From positions 12,065 through 76,064 of the forward strand of contig JBMOPF010000085.1 of the NCBI GenBank assembly GCA_049325075.1: DNA of 64,000 nt, in the 5' to 3' direction. Below, piece after piece: positions 24,254 through 34,686 of the stretch. Numbering within the stretch: the stretch's first letter is position 1; each line of letters opens with the position of its first letter. The position numbers and the translations under genes were made by a program. The notes beneath the pieces were generated by a model, which made no database searches, was not told the origin of the DNA, and worked only from the letters and a program-made list of their open reading frames with translations. The DNA is from Bacillota bacterium. Lineage in GTDB: Bacteria > Bacillota > Desulfotomaculia > Desulfotomaculales > Desulfocucumaceae.

Positions 24254-24912
24254 TAGCTGCTGAATATAATTTTGTTATTATATACACGGGCCGTGCCGGG
24301 ACCGGATATTGCCGCCGGCGTTGATGTATCTGCCATTATCGTGCCGATGCGAAGGACCGCAGGCTGCAGGTTTAGCGCAACCACCTCGGTCATTATATTG
24401 CCTGCCGAACCTGCGTGAATGCTGCCCTTGCAATTGCCCATCACATAAACGCTTCCTCCGGATATTAATTCTGCGCCTGGATTTACATCTCCCAGCACCA
24501 TTATGCTGTGTGGGGATGAAATCCTTTGCCCTGATCTGATGGTGCGCTTGACCAGAAGTATTTGCTCACCCTCCTCCGGAGACAGTTTTCTGATGGGAAC
24601 CACCTGGCTGGTCCTTTTGCGCTGGGCGGCCCTTTCCTGTTTTTCGTTATTGTTGGATGCGGAAGGCCAGTGAACCTCGCCTGACGGCACCAGGCCGTAT
24701 TGGATACATATCCCTTCCAGCTCGTTGGCAAAGTGCGGGTTATTGTTGCTGACGGAGCTGCATACGGAGAATCTGGCCCCCCTGAAGAAGTCCCGGGAAG
24801 TTTCCATTTTTGCCCTCAGTGTATTTTTTGCCTCCTCTATGTCCGTATCGGGGTTAAAAAGTATCACCAGCCCGTTTTTGGTTCCCTTTATGCTCACTGC
24901 TTCCTCTGCCAT
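24250..24912 (-). CDS. minC: septum site-determining protein MinC
   Basis: C-terminal beta-helix 'RSGQRISSPHSIMVLGDVNPGAELISGGSVYVMGNCKGSIHAGSAGN'. Start placed at the ATG after GAGTGGTGA (the track start is 24942). Confidence 0.8.
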   Translation of the reverse strand: MAEEAVSIKGTKNGLVILFNPDTDIEEAKNTLRAKMETSRDFFRGARFSVCSSVSNNNPHFANELEGICIQYGLVPSGEVHWPSASNNNEKQERAAQRKRTSQVVPIRKLSPEEGEQILLVKRTIRSGQRISSPHSIMVLGDVNPGAELISGGSVYVMGNCKGSIHAGSAGNIMTEVVALNLQPAVLRIGTIMADTSTPAAISGPGTARVYNNKIIFSSY

Positions 24913-25106
24913 TGTGTTCACCACTCTTTGGATGAATTTCAAGTAAAATATAATTCGATTTAATGCTACAAAATCCTTCTGAAATTTATTTCAGGGTATA
25001 TTGACCATTGAATAAAAAGAATATCTTTGCGGAAAGCTCAGATAGAATGAAGATATGGCTGTTATACGACGGGGTGCCGAGGAGGGACTGTAAAAAGGTG
25101 GTAAAT

Positions 25107-26600
25107 ATGTTTGACAGGGCTTTAAAAATATTATTCGTTTCATCTGAAGTTGCTCCCTTTGCCAAGACGGGTGGACTGGCCGACGTGGCCGGTTCGCTGC
25201 CCAAGGCCCTTGCCATGATGGGAAACGACCATGCCGGCAATGATGTCAGGATAGCCATGCCTCATTATAAGGGTATAGAGGGTGCGGAATACCTGCTGGA
25301 TTTTCCTGTGGGTTTTGGGGAACGGACGGAGACGGCTATAATAAGGAAGTCTTCTGTTGAGGCCCGGTATAAGGGTGAGCACAAGTCTGTTCCCGTATAT
25401 TTTATTGATAACCACTATTTCTTTTACCGGGACGGAATATACAATTTCCCGGATGATGCGGATAGGTTCACCTTTTTTTGCAGGGCGGCGCTGGAAATGC
25501 TGCCCCGGTTAAAATGGCAGCCGGATATAATACATTGCAACGATTGGCAAACCGGGTCCATTCCTTTTTTTATAAAGACAAGATACCGGCATGATCCTTT
25601 TTACTCAAAAATGAGCACTGTTTTTACCATACACAATCTTCACTATCAAGGCAATTTTCCATTTGAAACACTTAAAATGCTTGGTGTGGGAGAGGAATTT
25701 TTCAGCCCGGAAAAAATTGAGTTTTACGGAATGGTCAGCCATATGAAAATGGGTATAAACTATGCCGACATTATCAATACGGTCAGCCGGACATACGCGG
25801 CGGAAATTCAGCGGCCTGAATCGGGGGAAGGGATGGACGGCCTTCTGCGCAAACGGAGCCATGACCTGTTCGGAATTGTTAATGGTATAAACTACCACGA
25901 GTTCAACCCCATGACCGACCACAGAATTTACCACAATTTCGGGCCGGACAGCGTGGCCAATAAAAAGGAAAATAAATTTGACCTGCAGAAAGAGATGGGG
26001 CTCCCGGTAAAGGATATACCGGTGATAAGTGTTGTGTCAAGGCTGGTTGACCAGAAAGGGCTGGATCTCATATCAGAGATAGCAGATGAGCTGATGCACC
26101 TTGATATACAGATAATTGTACTGGGAAGCGGAGACAGGGTATACGAGGAAATGTTTGCCGGGCTGAAAGGGAAGTATCCGCATAAGATGGCCGTCCATAT
26201 CGGATACAACGCCATTTTGGCTCAGAGAATCTATGCGGGGTCCGACATGTTTCTGATGCCGTCACGCTTCGAGCCCTGCGGGCTTGGGCAGCTTATTGCC
26301 ATGAGGTACGGAGCCATACCCATTGTCAGGGCAACCGGCGGGCTTGCCGACACGGTGCATGATTATAACCCGGCCACCGGCTCCGGGAACGGTTTTGTCT
26401 TTTCCGAATACACCGGCCGTGACCTTTACCATGCCATCGCCAGGGCGCTGAAGGTTTACAGGGACGACCCCGGACAATGGCTCAAGCTGGTCAGGAACTC
26501 CATGAATATCGATTACTCCTGGGCAAGGTCCGCGGTTGAGTATTTGCAGATATATCAGGAGGCTATAAGCAGAAATATTGAAAGGGCCGGGACAGCCTAA
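25107..26600 (+). CDS. glgA: glycogen synthase (ADP-glucose type)
   Basis: 'KILFVSSEVAPFAKTGGLADV', 'PSRFEPCGLGQL' and 'VRATGGLADTV'. ATG after AAGGTGG (the track start is 25008). Confidence 0.9.
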   Translation: MFDRALKILFVSSEVAPFAKTGGLADVAGSLPKALAMMGNDHAGNDVRIAMPHYKGIEGAEYLLDFPVGFGERTETAIIRKSSVEARYKGEHKSVPVYFIDNHYFFYRDGIYNFPDDADRFTFFCRAALEMLPRLKWQPDIIHCNDWQTGSIPFFIKTRYRHDPFYSKMSTVFTIHNLHYQGNFPFETLKMLGVGEEFFSPEKIEFYGMVSHMKMGINYADIINTVSRTYAAEIQRPESGEGMDGLLRKRSHDLFGIVNGINYHEFNPMTDHRIYHNFGPDSVANKKENKFDLQKEMGLPVKDIPVISVVSRLVDQKGLDLISEIADELMHLDIQIIVLGSGDRVYEEMFAGLKGKYPHKMAVHIGYNAILAQRIYAGSDMFLMPSRFEPCGLGQLIAMRYGAIPIVRATGGLADTVHDYNPATGSGNGFVFSEYTGRDLYHAIARALKVYRDDPGQWLKLVRNSMNIDYSWARSAVEYLQIYQEAISRNIERAGTA

Positions 26601-26622
26601 ATAGCTAATGCTGATTGAATTT

Positions 26623-26650
26623 TCAGGTCAGAATTCAGAAGTCAGAAGGG
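26623..26650 (+). repeat. heptanucleotide-periodic repeat (TCAGAAn)
   Basis: TCAGGTC AGAATTC AGAAGTC AGAAGGG. The last unit plus flank (TCAGAAGGGT) is identical to 8566-8575. Confidence 0.8.
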
Positions 26651-26774
26651 TTTGGGTATTCCTTACAGCCATTACTCTGTGTTCTCTGGGGCCTGTGGTT
26701 TTAATATGACCCGAATTTGCATCGTTAGAGGCAAGGAGTCTGGTTACTGGATTCTTGCCGTCTGTAAGGCTGTG

Positions 26775-26799
26775 CCGGCCAAAGGGCCGGTTATTTTTT
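26775..26799 (+). terminator. intrinsic terminator downstream of glgA
   Basis: CCGGCC-aaag-GGCCGG followed by TTATTTTTT. Confidence 0.7.
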
Positions 26800-26856
26800 A
26801 TATTATAAAGGATCAGAAAGGACTTTATTTGTTTCTGTCGAAGAATAAAAACATTA

Positions 26857-26964
26857 GTGTTTAGGCTTCCCGGCAGCCCATAGAAGATGCTTTGGGGAAA
26901 TGGTTTTACGGAAAGCCGGCAATCTATTAAACTGTATTTTCCTGCGCGTCATAAAAAAACAAAC
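26857..26964 (+). repeat. copy 2 of the ~110-nt conserved intergenic element (candidate ncRNA)
   Basis: Aligns with 12498..12608 in the same orientation. It starts about 60 nt after the glgA terminator and about 400 nt upstream of bcd. Confidence 0.7.
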
Positions 26965-27358
26965 TGGTTGATTATCATTGTTCTTTCAATATACTTAAAA
27001 ATGTTTTATACTTAAAAGGATTATGACTGATTGTTCACTCATGTTTTTACTGCTGGAGGGAATAAAATTTTCAGGGGGGTGATCTGTCCGGAATAAACTG
27101 TCTTCAATTGTTCCCGGTGTAGACATTTCGGACGTTAACTTCTCAGGAAAAACGGCGACTGCTTTTTAAAAAAAGCAAATATAATGATGAGGAAACAAAT
27201 AAAAATACAAGCTGCAAACAAGCCGTAGCTTAGGGATTGTAATCCGGCTTAATTTTTTGTGCGGCAACGGGCACAGTTTTTGCGAATTGCCGGGAAGTGG
27301 GATTTGGGGGGATTTTCAAGTCGGCAACGGCAACAGTAGAGACAAAGGAGGAGTCGCT

Positions 27359-28498
27359 GTGATTTTCAAACTTAACGAGGAACAGGAGCTTTTAAGAAAA
27401 ACAGTCCGTGACTTTGCAGAGTCCGAGATTGCGCCAAAAGCTGCCGAAATGGACGAAAAAGAAGAGTATGATATGACTCTGTGGTCCAAAATGGCGGAGA
27501 TGGGGCTGACCGGGATACCGTATCCGGAAGAATACGGCGGTTCAGGTATGGACAACCTCAGCTATGCCATAGCTGTTGAGGAACTGAGCCGTGTCTGTGC
27601 TTCCAGCGGAGTATTTGTATCCGCCCACACATCTCTCTGCTCATGGCCTATTTACGCCTTTGGCACCGGGGAACAAAAGAAAAAATATCTTGCGCCGCTG
27701 GCAAATGGAGAAAAACTGGGCGCGATGGGGCTTACCGAGCCGGGGGCCGGTACGGACGCGGCTTCACTTAAGACATCCGCGGTAAAGGAAGGAAACGAAT
27801 ATGTGCTTAACGGCACAAAGATATTTATAACAAATGCCTTCCACGCTGACACCTATGTTATATTTGCAACCACGGACAGGAGCAAGAAGCACAAGGGAAT
27901 ATCAGCCTTTATCGTGGAAAAGGGAACACCGGGCTTTACTTTTGGGAAAAAAGAGCACAAGATGGGTATCCGCGCTTCATCCACCTACGAGCTGGTTTTT
28001 GAAAACTGCCGGATTCCGGCGGATAATTTGCTGGGAGAAGAGGGACAAGGTTTCAAAATAGTGATGATGACCCTGGACGGAGGACGGATCGGCATTGCCG
28101 CGCAAGCCCTTGGAATCGCCCAGGGCGCTTACGAGCAGGCTTTAAATTACAGCAAGATTAGGGAGCAGTTTGGAAAGCCCATTTCCGCCAACCAGGGTCT
28201 GCAGTGGATGCTCGCGGACATGGCGACGCAGATTGAGGCGGCAAGGCTTCTTGTATATCAGGCCGCTTATCTGAAGGATACCAAGCAGGCCTATTCCAAG
28301 CAGTCCGCAATGGCAAAGCTTTTTGCATCGGAAACCGCAATGGCCGTTACCACCAAGGCAGTGCAGATATTCGGCGGCTACGGCTACACCAGGGAATATC
28401 CGGTGGAGCGGATGATGCGGGATGCCAAGATAACGGAAATCTATGAGGGCACCAGTGAGGTGCAGCGGATGGTAATTGCAGCAAATGTGCTGAAATAG
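27359..28498 (+). CDS. bcd: butyryl-CoA dehydrogenase (Etf-dependent short-chain ACAD)
   Basis: '[11 protein letters not shown]' and '[21 protein letters not shown]'. GTG start after AGGAGGAG (the track start is 27257). Followed by etfBA. Confidence 0.9.
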   Translation: MIFKLNEEQELLRKTVRDFAESEIAPKAAEMDEKEEYDMTLWSKMAEMGLTGIPYPEEYGGSGMDNLSYAIAVEELSRVCASSGVFVSAHTSLCSWPIYAFGTGEQKKKYLAPLANGEKLGAMGLTEPGAGTDAASLKTSAVKEGNEYVLNGTKIFITNAFHADTYVIFATTDRSKKHKGISAFIVEKGTPGFTFGKKEHKMGIRASSTYELVFENCRIPADNLLGEEGQGFKIVMMTLDGGRIGIAAQALGIAQGAYEQALNYSKIREQFGKPISANQGLQWMLADMATQIEAARLLVYQAAYLKDTKQAYSKQSAMAKLFASETAMAVTTKAVQIFGGYGYTREYPVERMMRDAKITEIYEGTSEVQRMVIAANVLK

Positions 28499-28564
28499 AA
28501 TTTCAATAATTTGATTTTATTTTTGACTATAATTCAGTCAAGTAGTTTGCAAAGGAGGAAGCGT

Positions 28565-29335
28565 ATGAAAATCGTTGTTTGCATGAAGCAGACCTTTGAC
28601 ACCGAGGCCAAAATCGCCATTGGCGGCGATGGTAAAATCACAAAACAGGGTGTCAGCCTGATCATGAATCCCTACGACGAATTTGCCGTGGAAGAGGGAC
28701 TCAGGATTAAGGAAAAACTCGGTGGAGATGTTACAGTGGTTACAGTGGCGGGGCCGGAGGGACAGGATGCGCTGCGCCAGGCTCTGGCCATGGGCGCCGA
28801 CAAGGGCGTGCTGATTGACCCGGGCACTGATGAAATTGACGAGTTTACCACAGCCACAATTCTCGCCAAGGCCATTTCGGGAATGGAATATGATATTATT
28901 CTCGGCGGCTTCAGGGCAATTGACGACGGCTCGGCGCAGGTTGCCGGACGTGTTGCTGAAATATTGGGCCTGCCTGTCGTAAACGTGGTAACAAACCTGG
29001 AAATTGCCGACGGCAAGGCTGTGGCAACCAGTGAAATAGAAGGCGGAACCCAGGTGCTGGAAGTGTCGCTGCCGGCGGTATTTACAGCCCAAAAGGGCCT
29101 GAACGAGCCCCGATATCCTTCGATGAAGGGTATCATGCAGGCCAAGAAGAAGCCCATGGAAAAAATAGGCATTGGCGATCTGGGCCTTGATGCTGCACAG
29201 ATTGCTCCGAAGGTTAAAGTGTTAAGCTACTTCCTGCCCTCACCTAGGGCTGCCGGAAAGATAATCCCAGGGGAGCCGGCGGACGCTGCCCGCGACCTGG
29301 TCAAGGCGCTGCGGGAAGAAGCCAAAGTTATTTAA
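28565..29335 (+). CDS. etfB: electron transfer flavoprotein beta subunit
   Basis: 'MKIVVCMKQTFDTEAK' and 'DIILGGFRAIDDGSAQV'. AGGAGGAAG RBS. Confidence 0.9.
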   Translation: MKIVVCMKQTFDTEAKIAIGGDGKITKQGVSLIMNPYDEFAVEEGLRIKEKLGGDVTVVTVAGPEGQDALRQALAMGADKGVLIDPGTDEIDEFTTATILAKAISGMEYDIILGGFRAIDDGSAQVAGRVAEILGLPVVNVVTNLEIADGKAVATSEIEGGTQVLEVSLPAVFTAQKGLNEPRYPSMKGIMQAKKKPMEKIGIGDLGLDAAQIAPKVKVLSYFLPSPRAAGKIIPGEPADAARDLVKALREEAKVI

Positions 29336-29368
29336 TATCAATAACTTGAGATAGGGAGGGTTTAGTAT

Positions 29369-30349
29369 ATGGCAAAAGGAATCTGGGTATACGTCGAACA
29401 GCGTGACGGAAAAATCAAGAAAGTAACATATGAACTGTTAAGCGCCGGCCGTAAGGTTGCTGACGCTCTTGGTGAAGAACTTTGCGCGGTACTCCCCGGC
29501 AAGGGTGTTGCCGGAATGGCCGCGGCACTCGGGGAATATGGCGCTGACAAGGTGTTTGTGCTGGAAAGCGACGCACTGGAAAAATATACAACTGACGCAT
29601 ATGCCAATGCTGTGGCGGACCTGGCCAAGAAAAACGAGCCCAGCGCTATACTGATGGGCTGCACCGTAACAGGAAGAGACCTGGCTGCACAGGTTGCACA
29701 GAAACTGGGCACCGGCCTTATGACCGACTGTGTTGATATGGCTCTGGAGGACGGGCAGCTTGTATTCACCCGTCCGATATATGCCGGCAAGGCCTTTGTC
29801 AAGGCTGTCTGCCCCGAGGCAAGGCCCGTTATGGCCACCATCCGCCCCAATGTTCTCCCCATAGGAGAGGTACAGGCAGGCCGCACAGCCGAGGCTGTCA
29901 ATGTGTCCCCCGCCACCGGCGACATTCGCCAGACTATTAAGGATATAGTACTGCAAATAAGCAGCAGGCCTGAGCTTACCGAGGCCGACATAATCGTTTC
30001 CGGCGGCCGCGGGATGAAGGGTCCGGAGAATTTCGCACTGCTGGAAGAGCTGGCTGACGTGCTCGGGGCAGCGGTGGGCGCCTCCAGGGCGGCTGTGGAT
30101 GCCGGCTGGAAACCGCACAGCTTCCAGGTTGGACAGACCGGTAAAACCGTTTCTCCGGTTGTATATATTGCCTGCGGCATCTCGGGCGCCATCCAGCACC
30201 TGGCCGGTATGAGCTCATCCAAGTGCATCGTGGCTATCAACAAAGACGAGGAAGCAAATATATTCAAGGTTGCCGACTATGGTATAGTGGGAGACCTCTT
30301 TGAAGTGGTGCCCCTTCTGAAGGAAGAGTTCAAGAAAATAATGGCGTAA
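29369..30349 (+). CDS. etfA: electron transfer flavoprotein alpha subunit
   Basis: 'IIVSGGRGM', 'GASRAAVDAGW', 'QVGQTGKTVSP' and 'YIACGISGAIQHLAGM'. Confidence 0.9.
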   Translation: MAKGIWVYVEQRDGKIKKVTYELLSAGRKVADALGEELCAVLPGKGVAGMAAALGEYGADKVFVLESDALEKYTTDAYANAVADLAKKNEPSAILMGCTVTGRDLAAQVAQKLGTGLMTDCVDMALEDGQLVFTRPIYAGKAFVKAVCPEARPVMATIRPNVLPIGEVQAGRTAEAVNVSPATGDIRQTIKDIVLQISSRPELTEADIIVSGGRGMKGPENFALLEELADVLGAAVGASRAAVDAGWKPHSFQVGQTGKTVSPVVYIACGISGAIQHLAGMSSSKCIVAINKDEEANIFKVADYGIVGDLFEVVPLLKEEFKKIMA

Positions 30350-30356
30350 GTTGGAA

Positions 30357-30405
30357 GGGCAGTCCCACCGGTTGATGGGGCTGCCCGTTATCGGTTTTTT
30401 GTTTT
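30357..30405 (+). terminator. strong stem-loop between etfA and the FeS oxidoreductase gene (possible partial terminator or processing site)
   Basis: GGGCAGTCCCA-8 nt-TGGGGCTGCCC, then a T-run that begins 8 nt after the stem. This is not a canonical terminator geometry. Confidence 0.4.
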
Positions 30406-30428
30406 AACTTAGTGAAGGAGGATAATTG

Positions 30429-31583
30429 ATGTCCGACTTGATGATTTTTGACGAAGTAAGGGACGTCATCGTTTCCTGCGGTGGCGAGGAAATACAGAAG
30501 TGTATGCAGTGCGGGCTTTGCGCCGGATCCTGCCCATGGGGGAGGATGGAAGAAAAGTCCGAATTTAACGTAAGGGCTCTCTTTCACATGGGAAGGCTGG
30601 GATATGAGGGATACGAGTCCGACGATTTTCTCTTTGCCTGCACCACCTGCAACCAGTGCGCGGTTAAATGTCCGCGGGGAATAAAGATTCCCACTGTTGT
30701 AAGGTCAATACGCAGTGTTATTGCTGAAACCGGCGGTATACCAAAGAACCTGAAGGCTGTACTGGGAAGCATCAACAGCCAGGGCAATCCCTGGTCCCAG
30801 GAAAAGGACGAGAGGATCGCATGGACCAAGGGCTGTGATGTTCCGGAATTTACCGCCGACACCGAATACCTTCTGTTTGTATGCTGCACCTCGGCATATG
30901 ACGGCAGAAGCCAGAAAATAGCAAGGTCTGTGGTGGAATTGCTGAAGGCTGCGGGGGTAAGCTTCGGCATCATAGGCAACGAAGAAAAGTGCTGCGGCGA
31001 GTCGGTGCGTAAAATAGGCGCCGAGGAAGAGTTTGGCAAGCTGGCGGAATATAACATCGACCTCTTTAAAAAGAAGGGCGTAAAAAAGATTATCACCACC
31101 TCTCCTCACTGCCTGTACACCTTTAAAAATGAATACCCTGAATTTGGCGGGGAATTTGAAGTGGTTCACTATTCCGAACTGCTGCAGAAATTGATGGCTG
31201 AAGGTAAAATCAAGCCGTCCAAGCCGGTTCCACAAAAGGTTATCTATCACGAGCCCTGTTATCTTGGAAGACACAGCCGTGTCTTTGACGCCCCGAGGGA
31301 TCTCATGACCTCGGTTCCCGAACTGAACGTGATGGAATTCAAGGACAACAGGGACTACAGCATGTGCTGCAGCGGCGGCGGCGCCAGGATATGGATGGAG
31401 ACCAAGGCCGGGCAGAGATTTTCCGATGTAAAGGTAAAGGAAGCCTCCGAGGCCGGGGCACAGATAATTGCCACCGCCTGTCCATATTGCATAGTTATGC
31501 TTGAGGACAGCCTGAAGAACCAGAACAAAGACGAGGAAATGTCGGTAAAGGATATCAGCGAGATACTGAAGGAGAGCCTGTAA
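30429..31583 (+). CDS. HdrD/GlpC-like (Fe-S)-binding oxidoreductase with two CCG domains and no membrane domain
   Basis: Two ferredoxin-type motifs ('CMQCGLCAGSCP', 'CTTCNQCAVKCP') and two cysteine-rich CCG motifs ('CCTSAY...KCCGES', 'CCSGGG...CPYC'). No hydrophobic segment is visible. Confidence 0.8.
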   Translation: MSDLMIFDEVRDVIVSCGGEEIQKCMQCGLCAGSCPWGRMEEKSEFNVRALFHMGRLGYEGYESDDFLFACTTCNQCAVKCPRGIKIPTVVRSIRSVIAETGGIPKNLKAVLGSINSQGNPWSQEKDERIAWTKGCDVPEFTADTEYLLFVCCTSAYDGRSQKIARSVVELLKAAGVSFGIIGNEEKCCGESVRKIGAEEEFGKLAEYNIDLFKKKGVKKIITTSPHCLYTFKNEYPEFGGEFEVVHYSELLQKLMAEGKIKPSKPVPQKVIYHEPCYLGRHSRVFDAPRDLMTSVPELNVMEFKDNRDYSMCCSGGGARIWMETKAGQRFSDVKVKEASEAGAQIIATACPYCIVMLEDSLKNQNKDEEMSVKDISEILKESL

Positions 31584-31671
31584 AACGGCGAAAAAGTTAT
31601 GAATATAATTATGGACTGTTTTTTAGGCCTTAATGACATAAAAGACCAATAGGTTTTATGTCCGGAGCTTA

Positions 31672-31696
31672 TTAAAATATTATGATGATATTTTAA
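31672..31696. promoter_or_regulatory. perfect 9-bp inverted repeat upstream of thl-hbd-crt (candidate operator)
   Basis: TTAAAATAT-tatgatg-ATATTTTAA, about 80 nt upstream of the thiolase ATG. Confidence 0.3.
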
Positions 31697-31776
31697 TTTG
31701 GCACTGGACTTGTTTTTTTAAAGAGGTATGGCAGGGTTGATTATAAACTGTGGGAATTTAACGGAGGGAAATTAGA

Positions 31777-32958
31777 ATGAGAGAAGCGGTTATCGTAAGC
31801 TCCGTCAGGACCGCTGTGGGAAAATTCGGCGGATCGTTAAACGGTATTACGGCGGTTGAACTTGGTGCGCTGGTCATTGGCGAGGCGCTTAAAAGGGCTG
31901 GAATTGAAGGCGGCATTGTGGATGAGGTTGTTTTTGGCAACGTGCTCCAGGCCGGTCTGGGACAGAACCCCGCCCGGCAGGCGGCGGTAAAGGCAGGAAT
32001 ACCCCAGGAGATTCCAGCCTGGACGATGAACATTGTCTGCGGCTCGGGGCTTAAATCTGTGGGTGCGGCGGCCCAGCAAATATGGTCCGGGGATGCGGAG
32101 GTGGTTGTGGCCGGAGGCATGGAGAATATGTCCATGGCCCCTTACCTTATTGACCGGGCCAGGTGGGGAATGCGAATGGGAGATGGAAAAATTACAGATG
32201 CTATGCTCAAAGACGGCCTATGGTGCGCCTTTAATGATGTGCACATGGGAATTACGGCTGAAAACGTGGCTGAAAAATACGGTATTACCAGGGAAGAACA
32301 GGACATTTTTTCTCTTTCCAGCCAGGAAAAAGCCATTGCGGCCATTGATGCAGGGCGCTTCCGGGACGAGATTGTGCCGGTAAAAATTCCCCAGAAAAAG
32401 GGTGATCCCATTATTTTTGATACAGATGAGTTTCCCCGCCGGGGAACAACCCTTGAGGCCCTGTCAAAACTGCCCCCGGCCTTCAAAAAGGGAGGTACGG
32501 TGACGGCGGGAAATGCCTCCGGGATTAACGACGGGGCGGCCGCAGTGGTGGTGATGTCTGCGGATAAGGCAAGGGAAATGGGGATTAAGCCGCTGTTTGT
32601 TATCAAATCAACAGCCACCTCGGGCGTAGACCCCGCCTATATGGGACTTGGTCCTATCCCCTCAAGCAGAAAGGCATTGCAAAAAGCCGGCTTGGGAGTA
32701 GCTGATCTGGACCTTATAGAGGCCAATGAGGCCTTTGCCGCTCAGGCCTGCGCCGTTGTTAAGGAACTTGAACTTCCCGTGGACAAGGTAAATGTAAACG
32801 GCGGAGCGGTGGCCATCGGGCACCCCATCGGAGCCAGCGGGGCCAGGATTTTAGTCACCCTTTTACATGAGATGAAAAAACGCGGCAGCAGGTACGGTCT
32901 GGCCACGCTGTGCATAGGCGGCGGCCAGGGCACTGCGATGGTCGTGGAAAGCGTCTGA
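31777..32958 (+). CDS. acetyl-CoA C-acetyltransferase (thiolase II)
   Basis: 393 aa. '[12 protein letters not shown]', '[19 protein letters not shown]' and 'CIGGGQGTA'. Confidence 0.9.
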   Translation: MREAVIVSSVRTAVGKFGGSLNGITAVELGALVIGEALKRAGIEGGIVDEVVFGNVLQAGLGQNPARQAAVKAGIPQEIPAWTMNIVCGSGLKSVGAAAQQIWSGDAEVVVAGGMENMSMAPYLIDRARWGMRMGDGKITDAMLKDGLWCAFNDVHMGITAENVAEKYGITREEQDIFSLSSQEKAIAAIDAGRFRDEIVPVKIPQKKGDPIIFDTDEFPRRGTTLEALSKLPPAFKKGGTVTAGNASGINDGAAAVVVMSADKAREMGIKPLFVIKSTATSGVDPAYMGLGPIPSSRKALQKAGLGVADLDLIEANEAFAAQACAVVKELELPVDKVNVNGGAVAIGHPIGASGARILVTLLHEMKKRGSRYGLATLCIGGGQGTAMVVESV

Positions 32959-32989
32959 AACTAATGGTGAATAAGGGGGGGGGAGTAAA

Positions 32990-33838
32990 ATGGAGATAGG
33001 AAAAATTATGGTCATCGGGGCGGGCCAGATGGGGTCGGGTATCGCCCAGGTTTCCGCAGTTGCCGGGTACAAAGTGGTGCTGAACGATCTGAAAGACGAA
33101 TTTGTCAATAAAGGCCTTGGGGTAATCGGCAAAAATCTGGACAGGGATATAAGCAAGGGAAGGCTGACCGCTGAACAGAAGGCAGAGATACTGGGCCGGA
33201 TATCGCCGTCGGTATCCCTTCAGGACGCGGCTGACTGCGACCTTGTCATTGAGGCGGCAGTGGAAAATATGGAGATAAAGTCCAGGTTATTCAAGGAATT
33301 GGACCAGATAGCCCCGCCCCGTGCCATACTTGCCACCAATACCTCCTCGCTGCCCATTACCGAGATAGCAGCCAATACCGGGAGGCCGGAGAAGGTCATA
33401 GGCATGCATTTTATGAATCCGGTTCCTGTAATGAAGCTGGTTGAGGTTATAAGGGGGCTTGCCACTTCCGGTGAGACCTATGAAACTGTGCGGTCGGCAA
33501 GCGAAAAAATGGGCAAAACTCCGGTGGAAGTAAATGATTTTCCCGGCTTTGTAGCCAACAGAATTTTGCTGCCCATGATCAATGAGGCTATATACTGCGT
33601 TTACGAAGGTGTGGCCTCCCCAGAGGCCGTGGACCAGGTAATGAAGTTGGGCATGAACCATCCCATGGGACCTTTGGCCCTGGCCGATCTCATCGGGCTG
33701 GACACCTGCCTTTCCATCATGGAGGTGCTTCATAAAGGCCTGGGTGACAGCAAATACAGACCTTGCCCACTTTTACGCAAATATGTGGCGGCAGGATGGC
33801 TGGGCAGGAAAAGCGGCCGGGGATTTTATACCTATTAG
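32990..33838 (+). CDS. hbd: 3-hydroxybutyryl-CoA dehydrogenase
   Basis: '[14 protein letters not shown]' Rossmann motif, '[11 protein letters not shown]' and '[15 protein letters not shown]'. Confidence 0.9.
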   Translation: MEIGKIMVIGAGQMGSGIAQVSAVAGYKVVLNDLKDEFVNKGLGVIGKNLDRDISKGRLTAEQKAEILGRISPSVSLQDAADCDLVIEAAVENMEIKSRLFKELDQIAPPRAILATNTSSLPITEIAANTGRPEKVIGMHFMNPVPVMKLVEVIRGLATSGETYETVRSASEKMGKTPVEVNDFPGFVANRILLPMINEAIYCVYEGVASPEAVDQVMKLGMNHPMGPLALADLIGLDTCLSIMEVLHKGLGDSKYRPCPLLRKYVAAGWLGRKSGRGFYTY

Positions 33839-33873
33839 GCAAAACCGGATTAAAATTACTGGAGGTATCGGCT

Positions 33874-34656
33874 TTGAGTTACGAGAACCTGATTCTTGAA
33901 AGGGAAGAGTTTATTGCGATAGTTACCATAAACCGGCCAAAGGTTCTGAACGCCCTTAATTCAGATTTACTTAAAGAGCTGGGCAGTGTTATGGATGAGC
34001 TCGCCAATGACGATCAGATAAGGGTGATCATCATTACGGGGTCAGGCGACAAGGCTTTTGTGGCAGGCGCCGACATCGCCTTTATGAGCAAACTGAATAC
34101 AGCTGAGGCGGTCATGTTTGCCCGTATGGGGCAGGGGGTTATGAACAAGATTGAAAATATGTCCAAGCCGGTTATTGCGGCGGTAAACGGTTTTGCTCTG
34201 GGCGGCGGCAATGAGCTGGCCATGGCCTGCGATATCAGGGTGGCCTCTGAAAAGGCCAGGTTCGGCCAGCCGGAGGTGCAGTTGGGCATAATAGCCGGGT
34301 TTGGGGGCACACAAAGGCTGACCAGGCTGGTAAACCCCGGACTGGCCAAGGAGATACTATATACCGCCGATCAGTATGATGCTCAGACAGCCATGAGGAT
34401 TGGACTGGTCAACCATGTCGTTCCACCGGAACAGCTTATGGATTTCTGCAAGGATATGGCCAGAAGGATTGCGTCAAAGGGGCCCAGAGCGGTCAGCCTG
34501 ACCAAGGAGGCTGTGAACAACGGCCTGGAAATGGATCTGGACAAGGCCATTGTGCTGGAGTCGGATCTTTTCGGACTGGCCTTCACCACTGAGGACAGAA
34601 AAGAGGGCATATCCGCCTTCATGGAAAAGAGAAAGCCGGTATTTAACAATAAGTAA
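33874..34656 (+). CDS. crt: short-chain enoyl-CoA hydratase (crotonase)
   Basis: 'INRPKVLNALN', 'FVAGADI' and 'AAVNGFALGGGNELAMACDIRVAS'. TTG start 8 nt after GGAGG (the track start is 33763). Confidence 0.85.
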   Translation: MSYENLILEREEFIAIVTINRPKVLNALNSDLLKELGSVMDELANDDQIRVIIITGSGDKAFVAGADIAFMSKLNTAEAVMFARMGQGVMNKIENMSKPVIAAVNGFALGGGNELAMACDIRVASEKARFGQPEVQLGIIAGFGGTQRLTRLVNPGLAKEILYTADQYDAQTAMRIGLVNHVVPPEQLMDFCKDMARRIASKGPRAVSLTKEAVNNGLEMDLDKAIVLESDLFGLAFTTEDRKEGISAFMEKRKPVFNNK

Positions 34657-34686
34657 GCGTGATCATTTGAATGGGGGAGACGGGGT

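Noticed and set aside
26652-26864. 70-aa plus-strand ORF downstream of glgA
   Set aside because: It starts inside the heptamer repeat tract, reads across an intrinsic terminator (26775-26799) and has no RBS.
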